A stretch of 64,000 bases of DNA, taken from the NCBI RefSeq assembly GCF_036321535.1, contig NC_087436.1, positions 33,172,001 through 33,236,000 of the forward strand. Direction: 5' to 3'. Below, piece after piece: positions 27,421-37,971 of the stretch. Each line of letters opens with the position of its first letter. Position 1 is the stretch's first letter. The translations under genes and the position numbers were made by a program. The notes below the pieces were generated by a model, which saw nothing but the letters and a program-made list of their open reading frames with translations, was not told where the DNA came from and made no database searches. This DNA comes from Camelus dromedarius (taxonomy: Eukaryota).

Positions 27421-27842
27421 GATAAGCCTAGATGTAAAGATTTGACTGTTGCCAGACTGAATGCCTGCGATGATTCCACTGGATCATTAGACCATGGCTA
27501 GTGCCAGCAGATCCCACAGAAACTGAGGACCTGTACTCTCCTTTGTACTTATGGGAGTGAATCTTCATTAATATTTGTCAATTTGAATTTATTTCTAGAG
27601 TAGATTGGTTAGTGTGAATGCATGAATACTGTATTATTTTTAAAGTTAGAATTCCATGCTGTGTGTTTAGAGAGCTTCCAAATTTTTCAGAGCAAGGGAG
27701 TTTCTCCTCCATATGTACAAAGGGGAGTACAGGTCCTCAATTTCTGTGGGACCTGCTGGCACTAGCCATGGTCTAATCGTCCAGTGGAATCATCCCAGGC
27801 ATTCAGTCTGGCAATAGTCAAATCTTTATATCAAGGCTTATC
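27421..27842. repeat. Long inverted repeat: 134-bp arms (27421-27554, 27709-27842), 154-bp spacer
   Basis: Manual ungapped alignment of the left arm against the reverse complement of the right arm gives 124/134 identical. Confidence 0.97.
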
Positions 27843-30339
27843 TTTTGATGAGATTTACAGTGACGTGCAAAGAAGAGTTTGGTGGTGATGCTGTCTAAGA
27901 ACACTGGTTGCGTGTACAGCAAATGACCAAGTAATCAAGCTCTTATCTGTATCTTCTTGAGGTTTTCAAGAATGTCCTGCTTTCCTTTGCAGTATAATTT
28001 CTTGACTAGTGAGTTTCCATATTTGTCTTTTAATGTAGTTCAAATACCCTACTTATGTAAGTTCCTGTGTTTTATTATAAATGTGTTTTTAAAACATTTT
28101 TTCTTTCTGAGTTTACTGTAGTATGCTAGGCCCCGTGAATAAAATCATCCAGTTTCTCTTCAAGAATATTGTAGCATAGGCCAAACTTTTAAAAAGTTTT
28201 ATTTAAAATAAAGATTGCAACATAGAAAAGATGTGTTGTTAGTTCATGAATAGCGTGTGATGTACAGCTTGAAGGAATGTCAGTATTCTTTATATTAGCA
28301 TTCAGAGTTTATTGCCAGTTTAAAACAATTTGTGATGGCTAATGTGTACATAAGTGACATATACTCTGGTACAGTGTAGACAGTGAAGGTAGTTTTTCAG
28401 CTGCTAAGTTAATTTTTTTAAAAAAAGATTCAAGTGGGATTTACATTCTGTAATAGTTTTGTTATTCAGGAGTGGAGGAAGATAAAGCTGAAAAGGCAAT
28501 AGGACTCTTAGATAATTTTCTCCTAGACCCACAGTCTGTATTTTAAACTATATTTAGCTTTCAAATTTCTTTCAGTGCAGTTAAACACCACCAAAAGTTT
28601 TAATAATAAATGGCAGATTTTTTTTCTTTCTAATCTGGGGAAAACAACATAATTGCTCTTTCTTTCTTTGCTGCTCACACTAATGGTATTTTTTTTCTGT
28701 CATATTTTTATTATCCTTCAAGCCTTTCTGTTACTGAGCACTAAAACTGCCATCATTGGCTGTTGGTGGAAGTCCTGTAACTTTCCCTGTGTGTACAGGC
28801 CCCATGAGGACAATGTTTGCCTTATTCCTCATCAGTGTCAGTTTTTACCAAACTCTCAGTTGAGGGGGAAAAGGAAAGTGTTGAAAAGTATGTACCCTCC
28901 CCAGCCTTTTAGGGAGGGAGATGTGGGGCTGGGATTTTCTCCACGCAGATTTCATCACGTGCATTATTCTCCCTGAGCACTGATTGGCTGGCAAGATGTG
29001 GAGAACTCCAGATTACTGAACTCCTACTGGGGTACCAGAAATAAATAAATATGACCAAGGATTTCCAAATCTGCAGCCAGCCAACCAGAGTATGAGACCA
29101 CAACACAATGGCTACAGTGTGTCTTGCACGATTTTAAAACCCTAGACAACTGGACTTGAATTCTTGATAGGCAGTGATTTTACATTGAAAAGATCAGATG
29201 AGTTTTGGCTGGCTTGTGCCTCTGAATGCTGGGATCAATTATTATTTGGGAATCAGCTGTTTCTTTTTTTCTGATAGGAAACATTGTGATGGAAGGAATT
29301 ATTACATTGTCACATTGTTTTAAAAGCTGAGCTCCAGGCAGCCTTTGCTCATCCCTGGCTGGTTCAGCTTGATCGGGACTGATGGGAGATCAACTTCTGG
29401 TTCTTGCCATAAACCTGCTTTATCATCTGGGAAGGTGCAACTGCAAACCACTATTTCGTATTTTCAGGAGTTTATGATAAATTTTCCTGGCACACTGAAT
29501 TTAACAATAAATTAAAGGCTTTCATATTTTATTATTTTACAAGGAAGAGCTCTCAGCACCGCCACACACTTAGTATTCCAAAGGAAAGGTTTGGCACAAG
29601 AATAGTAAAGTTTCAGTACTAGATATTCAAGCATGAACTCCACAAGCAAAGGTCTTTAGTTTTTTAAATTTGCTTTACTAGCCAACGTGATGGGCTCAAT
29701 ATTAAAGTGCTTGTTTCTTCATTGAATCCTTCATAAGCAAAATGAAGTTTCAAGGTGTGTCAGTTTTCTGATAATTCAAAGAAAAACATGTTTACATTAA
29801 TTTCCTGTGCTTTTATTTTATATAGTGGCTAAATGTTCTCAGCTATTCGCTCACTCTAGGAAATCTCTATGATCATCAGGTGAGGAATTTTTAAATTTAC
29901 TTTAGTATCTTCACCTCAGTGAATGTAAATCTCATGTATTCAGCGGGAGAACTTGGAAGACAAAGAATGCCTTTTCCCAGTTCTCCCTGTCAAAACACAG
30001 GCCCCCAATTTGAACACATCCCACAAAATATTTACTCATAATATAGAGTACTTGTTTATAATATTTTGTAAGACTGTATAGTTTATATATGTTGTTCTAA
30101 ATTACTATATCGGTATAACCACTAAGAGATACGTACCTGTACAGATTTTACAATTGCATGGAGTTAGGTTTCTGAACTCATCTCAGACAGGAATTGGGTC
30201 TTTTAATTTTTTCCCAGTTGAATTTAATTCTCTGCCTTCAATGGTAAGATGATAAATATGGTCTTACTAACTGTATACCAAATATGATAAGTTTAATTAA
30301 AATTAATTATAAGAACTAAGTGAAAGTTAGTGAAGCTCT

Positions 30340-30530
30340 TCAGAGCATTGTTAGATATTTTAGATTAATTATTTCTTTTATTATACAGTAACTCCGTAAG
30401 GTAGAAACTGTTGTTATGTAAGCTTTGTAGGCCCTAACACTGAGACAGGGAGACGATAAAGTCTTACTCGAGGCTCCACAGCTACCTTGAACAGAGTGGT
30501 GCCTGATCTTAACAGCTCATATTCCTCACC
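30340..30530 (-). mobile_element. MIR SINE (degenerate)
   Basis: aacactgagacagggagacgataaagtcttactcgaggctccacagcta resembles the reverse MIR core. Confidence 0.5.
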
Positions 30531-30619
30531 ACTAGACTACTCTTAACAGAGATTTTGGAAACCCATTCTATGTCTTGACTTTTAAATGCTCAGAGAATAG
30601 AAGCAGGAATACCATACCA

Positions 30620-30845
30620 TCCCATTCTTTTGGAGCTCCTAGTGCATAGGGGTAGCTAAATAGGCAAATAAACAAAACTGTGTGATGCGTATTACAATAA
30701 ATATACACACAAATGTCCACTGGAGGTCAGAATCAGAGCTGTTGCATTTGCCTGATGAAGCTAGAGAAAGTATCCTAGGAGAAGTAATATTTGTGCTGGA
30801 TCTTAAAGGAACAGTAGAAAATTTCTGGGTGAAGTTTCAGGGAGA
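30620..30845 (-). mobile_element. L2 fragment
   Basis: cctaggagaagtaatatttgtgctggatcttaaagga, a reverse L2 3' motif. Confidence 0.5.
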
Positions 30846-31729
30846 ATCTCACAGATGAGTGAACAGAATATGGGAAGGCTTGTAGGTATAAATTTTAGTA
30901 AAGCATTTTACCCAAGGGGGAAATTGAGTTGCTTTATGTTCTCCTGTTTGTTTTGCAGTCTGAAGTTTAATACCAACCTTCTTAGAGAGTTCTAATTTCT
31001 TTTTCTTTTTAAACACAGTGGCACTGCCCAAAAATAGTAAATAAAATATTTAGCTTCAAAGAAATGTTATTCATTATTCAAGTACCATTGATTTATAATT
31101 TCTTATGCATCAGATTAAGATTACTGATCTGTGGAGGTCAATATCTGATTTTCTTATCAAGATTATGTGAAGGAAAAACCGGGCTGATCTAAAGATAACT
31201 CACAAGTCTGGGAATGTGAAGGAGAGGCTGGGCTGGGCTAACAAGATAACTCACAAATCTAAGTATTGGAATACTGATCTGAGTTCTGCTAGACTAACTT
31301 GTAAATCTAGGTTAATTAGTGTTGGTTTGCTATTCATGTTTTTTGCTAGCCAGCTGGGTTTTCAAAGATACATATCTGGCTTTGGAATGTTGGTTTGCTC
31401 CCTCCCCGCCTCCACTTTTGTGATGATAATGCTGCTAAAGCTGTTCCATGCCTATTGGCCGAATACCGAAGCTTGTACTTTACCCTATAGAACCTCATGC
31501 GCACGTCTTGGAGGTGCTCAGAGCTTCGGAGCAGAAGCCCCTCTGAGCCCGCAGGCGTAATACATCTGAGTACTCCAACCCTCCAAGTGGTGCTTGTTTC
31601 TTGACTGGCCTGTCGTTTCCGTAACAATTAAAAAAATCTTATGAATTTTCAATGGATTGCAGATTCTGCAGTTGGAGAGGATGCAAACCAGTAGAAATAG
31701 ACACCTTGACAAGGCTATGAAATGACTGA

Positions 31730-31850
31730 ATCTAAGCTTCAGGAAGACAGGAATTTTGTCTTTGTTCATTGCTTTATCCCCAGTAGTACTAGAATAATCC
31801 TGGCAAATTGTGGACACATCACAAATGTTTGTTGAATTTTTTTGAGTGAA
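31730..31850 (+). mobile_element. L2 3' end
   Basis: taagcttcaggaagacagg...tttgttcattgctttatcccca...aaatgtttgttgaat. Confidence 0.7.
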
Positions 31851-32522
31851 ATAACAGTTAGGTATGAAGAAAACATACAGAAACTAATTAACTAATATAA
31901 AAATATTAGGAGTTATTTAGAACAATTGGTAAAAATACACATCTGTAGGTAGGTGTACAAAACAGTATATAACAGGTGATGTTCTGAACAGATATCTTGA
32001 ATAGACAGGAAATAATTAAATCATGCTGAATATTTTCTTCAATAAAATGTGGAGACTTTTTACCTTTTAGAAAAAATTCAAAAATGATTAGAATAAAAAT
32101 AGTCAGTGATCAAAGAAATAAATTTCTCTTTTGGAAAATTTACTTTTGTTGAATGTATTTCAACAATGTTAATAAATCAAGTGTTAGTATAATCTAATAA
32201 TTTAATTTAAATATGTGCTCATTTCAATACATAGCAACTACTGCAATGTTTCTTTGTGTTAAATAGGCAAAATTGAAGTTGGGTGTTCTATTGAAAACCA
32301 CTTATATAACAATGAAAATTAAAGTCGCAGTATAGTTGAGGATTTTTTCCAGTTTTTCCCTAATAGTATTCATTATTATAGGGTTCAGTTATTTAAAGAG
32401 AGTGAAAGTATTAACTTCTTTGATTCATTTTGAGCAATTAAATAAGAAAATTTCGTTCTTTCCCCTGCAGTTGAAACATAGGTAATTCAGCTGATTATGT
32501 GCTAGCTTCTGTTACTCTAAAT

Positions 32523-32538
32523 CAAAATGATCCTTTTT
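32523..32538. repeat. Target-site duplication of the full-length L1 (left copy, 16 bp)
   Basis: caaaatgatccttttt, identical to 39647-39662. The boundary with the poly(A) tail is ambiguous by a few T. Confidence 0.93.
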
Positions 32539-32740
32539 TTTTTTAACATTTTTTATTGATTTATAATCATTTTACAATGTTGTGTCAAATTCCAGTGTTC
32601 AGCACAGTTTTTCAGTTATTCATGGACATATACACACTCATTGTCACATTTTTTTCTCTGTGAGTTATCATAACATTTTGTGTATATTTCCCTGTGCTAT
32701 ACAGTGTAGTCTATTCTACAATTTTGAAATCCCAGTCTAT

Positions 32741-32762
32741 CCCTTCCCACCCTCCACCCCCC
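32741..32762 (-). other. G-rich tract of the L1 3' UTR (G-quadruplex-capable)
   Basis: Minus strand GGGGGGTGGAGGGTGGGAAGGG has four runs of 3 or more G. Confidence 0.7.
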
Positions 32763-32854
32763 TGGTAACCACAAGTCTGTATTCTCTGTCTGTGAGTCTA
32801 TTTCTGTCCTTTATTTACGCTTTGTTTTTGTTTGTTTGTTTTTGTTTTTGTTTT

Positions 32855-35800
32855 TTAGATTCCACATATGAGCGATCTCATATGGTATTTTTCTTTCTCT
32901 TTCTGGCTTACTTCACTTAGAATGACATTCTCCAGGAGCATCCATGTTGCTGCAAATGGCATTATGTTGTCGGTTTTTATGGCTGAGTAGTATTCCATTG
33001 TATAAATATACCACCTCTTCTTTATCCAGTCACCTGTTGATGGACATTTAGGCTGTTACCATGTTTTGGCTATTGTAAACAGTGCTGCTATGAACATTGG
33101 GGTGCAGGTGTCATCCTGAAGTAGGGTTCCTTCTGGATACAAGCCCAGGAGTGGGATTCCTGGGTCATATAGTAAGTCTATTCCTAGTCTTTTGAGGAAT
33201 CTCCACACTGTTTTCCATAGTGGCTGCATCAAACTGCATTCCCACCAGCAGTGTAGGAGGGTTCCCCTTTCTCCACAGCCTCTCCAGCATTTGTCATTTG
33301 TGGATTTTTGAATGACGGCCATTCTGACTGGTGTGAGGTGATACCTCATTGTAGTTTTGATTTGCATTTCTCTGATAATTACTGATACTGAGCATTTTTT
33401 CATGTGCTTTTTGATCATTTGTATGTCTTCCTTGGAGAATTGCTTGTTTAGGTCTTCTGCCCATTTTTGGATTGGGTTGTTTATTTTTTTCTTATTGAGT
33501 TGTATGAGCTGCTGATATATTCTGGAGATCAAGCCTTTGTCGGTTTCACTTGCAAAAATTTTCTCCCATTCCGTAGGTTTTCTTCTTGTTTTACTTCTGG
33601 TTTCCTTTGCTGTGCAGAAGCTTGTAAGTTTCATTAGGTCCCATTTGTTTATTCTTGCTTTTATTTCTTCTAGGATAAAGTGTTTGAGATGTATGTCAGA
33701 TAATGTTTTGCCTATGTTTTCCTCTAGGAGGTTTATTGTATCTTGTCTTATGTTTAAGTCTTTAATCCATTTTTTGAGTTGATTTTTGTATATGGTGTAA
33801 GGGAGTGTTCTAGCTTCATTGTTTTACATGCTGCTGTCCAGTTTTCCCAACACCATTTGCTGAAGAGACTGTCTTTATTCCAATGTATATTCTTGCCTCC
33901 TTTGTCAAAGATGAGTTGACCAAAAGTTTGTGGGTTCATTTCTGGGCTCTCTATTCTGTTCCATTGGTCTATATGTCTGTTTTGGTACCAGTACCATGCT
34001 GTCTTGATGACTGTAGCTCTATAGTATTGTCTGAAGTCTGGGAGAGTTATTCCTCCAGCCTCTTTCTTTCTCTTCAGTAATGCTTTGGCAATTCTACGTC
34101 TTTGATGGTTCCATATGAATTTTATTATGATTTGTTCTAGTTCTGTGAAATATGTCCTGGATAATTGGATAGATATTGCATTAAATCTATAGATTGCCTT
34201 GGGCAGTGTGACCATTTTAACAATATTGATTCTTCCAATCCAAGAGCATGGAATATCTTTCCATTTTTTAAAGTCTTCTTTAATTTCCTTCATCAATGGT
34301 TTATAGTTTTCTGTGTATAATTCTTTCACCTCCTTGGTTAGATTTATTCCCAGATATTTTATTACTTTGGGTGCTATTTTAAAGGGGATTGTTTCTTTAC
34401 TTTCTTCTTCTGTTGATTTATCGTTAGTGTAAGGAAATGCAACTGATTTTTGAACGTTAATCTTGCAACCTGCTACCTTGCTGAATTCTTCAATCAGCTC
34501 TAGTAGCTTTTGTGTGGACCTTTTAGGGTTTTCTATATATAGTAACATGTCATCAGCATATAAGACACTTTTACCTCTTCTTTTCCAATTTGGATCCCTT
34601 TTATTTCTTTCTCTTGCCTGACTGCTGTGGCTAGGACTTCCTAGGACTTCCAGGACTATGTTGAATAGGAGTGGTGATAGTGGGCATCCTTGTCTTGTCC
34701 CAGATTTTAGTGGGAAGCTTTTGAGTTTTTCACCGTTGAGTACTATGCTGGCTGTAGGTTTGTCATATATAGCTTTTATTATGTTGAGATATGTTCCCTC
34801 TATACCCACTTTGGCGAGAGTTTTTATCATAAATGGGTGTTGAATTTTATCAAATGCTGTTTCTGCATTGATTGAGATGATCATGTGGTTTTTGTCCTGT
34901 CTCTTGTTGATGTGATGTATTACACTGATTGATTTGCGTATGTTGAACCAGCCTTGTGTCCCTGGGATGAACCCCACTTGGTCATGATGTATAATCTTTT
35001 TTATGTGTTGGATTCTATTTGCTAAAATTTTGGTGAGGATTTTGGCGTCTATGTTCATCAGTGATATTGGCCTATAATTCTCTTTTTTTGTAGTGTCTTT
35101 GCCTGGTTTTGGTATCAGGGTGATGGTGACTTCATAGAATGAGTTTGGGAGTATTCCCTCCTTTTCGATCGTCTGGAAGAGTTTGAGAAGGACTGGTATG
35201 AGTTCTTCTTTGTATGTTTGGTAGAATTCCCTGGTGAAGCCGTCCGGTCCTGGACTTTTATTTGTAGGGAGGTTTTTAATTGCTATTTCTATTTCCTTTC
35301 TAGTGATTGGATTGTTCAAGTGTTCAGATTCTTCTTGATTCAGTTTTAGTGGACAGTATGTTTCCAGAAACTTGTCCATCTCCTCTAGGTTATCCAGTTT
35401 GGTTCCATACAGTTTTTCATAATATTCTCGTAAGATATTCTGTATTTCTATTTTGTTTGTTGTAATTTCTCCATTTTCCTTTCTTATTTTGCTAATTTGT
35501 GCTCTCTCTTTTTTCTTCTTTGTGAGTTTGGCCAGAGGTTTGTCGATTTTATTTACTTTTTCAAAAAAAACAGCTTTTGGTTTGGTTGATTTTTTCTATG
35601 GTCTTGTTAATCTCTATTGTATTTAATTCCTCTCTGATCTTTATTATTTCCTTCCTTCTGCTGCTTTTTGGGGCTTTTTGTTCTTCTTTTTCTAATTCAT
35701 TCAGGTGGTGGGTTAAATTGTTTATTTGAGATTGTTCTTCTTTTTTGAGGAAGGCCTGTATCGCTATAAACTTCCCTCTTAGCACTGCCTTTGCTGTGTC

Positions 35801-36661
35801 CCATAGGTTTTGAGTGGTTGTGCTTTCATTATCATTTGTCTCAAGGTATTTTTTAATTTCAGCTTTGATTTCCTCATTGATCCATTGTTTTTTCAATAAC
35901 ATATTGTTTAATCTCCATGCTTTCCTTTTTTTCTCCTTTGTTTCTCTGTTGTTGATTTCCAGTTTCATGGCATTGTGGTCAGTAAAGATGCTTGAGATAA
36001 TTTCTATCTTCTTAAAATTGTTGAGGTTTCTTTTGTGCCCAAATGCATGATCGATCCTGGAAAATGTTCCATGTGTACTTGAAAAGAATGTATATCCTAT
36101 TTTTTTGGGGTGTAATGCTCTGAAAATACCCACCAAATCTAGTTTTTCTATTGTAGTATTTAATTTCTCTGTTGCCTTGTTTATTTTCTGTCTGGAAGAT
36201 CTGTCTAGTGATGTTAATGCAGTGTTAAAATCTCCAACTATGATTGTATTCCCATCAATATCCCCCTTTATCTCTGTTAGTAATTCTTGTATGTACTTAG
36301 GTGCTCCTATATTGGGTGCATATATATTAACGAGTGTAATATCCTCATCTTGTATCACTCCTTTAATCATTATAAAATGTCCTTCTTTATCTTTCTTTAT
36401 GGCCTTTGTTTTAAAGTCTATTTTGTCTGAAATCAGTACTGCAACACCTGCTTTTTTGGCTTTTCCATTTGCATGGAATATCCTTTTCCATCCTTTCACT
36501 CTCAATCTATATGTGTCCTTCTCCCTAAAGTGGGTGTCTTGTATGCAGCATATTGAAGGTTCTTGCTTTATTATCCAGTCTGCCACTCTGTGTCTTTTGA
36601 CTGGAGCATTTAGTCCATTAACATTTACAGTAATTAATGATGGATGTGTGTTTATTGCCAT
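32855..36661 (-). pseudogene. ORF2: L1 ORF2p (endonuclease / reverse transcriptase), disrupted
   Basis: EN motifs NVNGLN, VGDFN, SRIDH, TDH; RT motifs [26 protein letters not shown]-terminal CWRGCGE..HCWWEC. Lesions: frameshifts at ~35563-35570 and ~33770-33775, a 10-bp duplication at 34631-34650 plus a 1-bp deletion near 34563, and a TAA at 33056-33058. Residual frame ends ..SLICGI* at 32855. Confidence 0.97.
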
Positions 36662-37067
36662 TTTGAACTTATCTTTGCAGTTGAATTGGTATATCCTCTT
36701 TGTTCCTTTCTTCTTCCTTTTGTGGTTTGGTAATTTTCCTTTGTATTATCATGGATTTTATTTAATTTTTGTGACTCCTTTGTAAATTTTTGGCTTGTGG
36801 TTACCCTTTTTTGTAAATCTGTCAACCCATTACTATAACTGTTACTATTAAAGTGATAGTAACATGATCTCAAACCCATCCTACTGTTAAAAAAATTTAA
36901 AAAAGAAAGAAAAAAATATATTCTATATTTCCCTGCCTACCTCTCCCACTCTCAGTGATTTGTATGTCTTCTTTTATAATTTCATGTTTACTTTATTTGT
37001 AGTTCATGAGTTATCACCTTTCCAGTTGTATGTTTCTCATTTCTGTAGCATCCTGCTGCTTTTCTAT

Positions 37068-37971
37068 TTAGAATATCCCTTTCAATATTTCTTTTAGCAT
37101 GGGTTTAGTGTTGCTAAACTCCTGCAGCCTTTTTTTTTGTCTGTGAAACTCTTTATTTCTCCTTCTATCCTCAAGGATAACCTTGCTGGATAAAGGATCC
37201 TAGGCTGCATCTTTTTTTTATTCAGGGCTTTGAATATATCTTGCCACTCCCTTCTGGCCTGTAGTGTTTGTGTAGAGAAATCAGCTGAGAGCCTTATGGG
37301 GGTTCCCTTGTAACTTACTCTTTGCTTTTCTCTTGCTGCCTTTAGAATCATTTCTTTATCCTTGACTCTGGCCATCTTGATTATTATATGTCTTGGTGTG
37401 GGTCTATTTGGGTTCTTCCTGTTTGGGACCCTCTGAGCTTCCTGTACTTGGATATCTGATTCCTCTTTAAGTTTGGGAAGTTTTCAGTCATGATTTCTTC
37501 AAAAACCTTTTCGATCCCCTTTGATCTTTCTTCTCCTTCTGGGACCCCTATGATGCGAAGATTGGGACGCTTTATATTATCCCATAGGTCCCTTATGCTA
37601 TTTTCATTATTTTTTATTTGCTTCTCTTGTAGTTCTTCTGAATGGGTGCTTTCTATTGCCCTGTCTTCTAGATCACTAATTCGTTCCTCTGCATTATCTA
37701 GTCAGCTTTGCACAGCTATTAGATCATTCCTCATCTCTGTCAATGAGTTTACCCATTCTACTTGGCTCTTCTTTATAGCTTCAATTTCATTTTTGACATA
37801 TTTTATATCTCTAAACACTATCTCTTTTAATTCCTTCAGCAATTCGATCACTCCTTTTTTGAAATCTTGATCTAGTAGGCTATCGATGTCCATTTCGTTG
37901 ATCTTTCTTTCAGGGGATTTCTCTTGTTCTTTTAATTGGGAAAGGTTTTTCTGCTTCTTCATCTTGCTCAT
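37068..37971 (-). pseudogene. ORF1: L1 ORF1p (RNA-binding chaperone), disrupted
   Basis: MSKMKKQKN...; coiled coil, then DLWDNIKRPNLRIIGVPEGEE, RPTPRHIIIKM, GTPIRLSADFS and ILYPARLS. Premature TGA at 37702-37704 (likely CGA>TGA). Frameshift in the T9 run at 37130-37138. Natural stop at 37068-37070. Confidence 0.95.

Noticed and set aside
27690..27842. Hairpin arm as a coding exon or processed-pseudogene fragment
   Set aside because: All six frames hit stop codons within or next to the arm and I recognise no protein; a UTR origin cannot be excluded without BLAST.
31216..31817. Overlapping 93-114-aa ORFs and a possible acceptor near 31490
   Set aside because: Non-ATG starts, no convincing donor, and no recognisable protein in any frame.
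36105..36785. 226-aa + strand ORF
   Set aside because: Antisense shadow of the L1 endonuclease region with a non-ATG start; no independent coding evidence.
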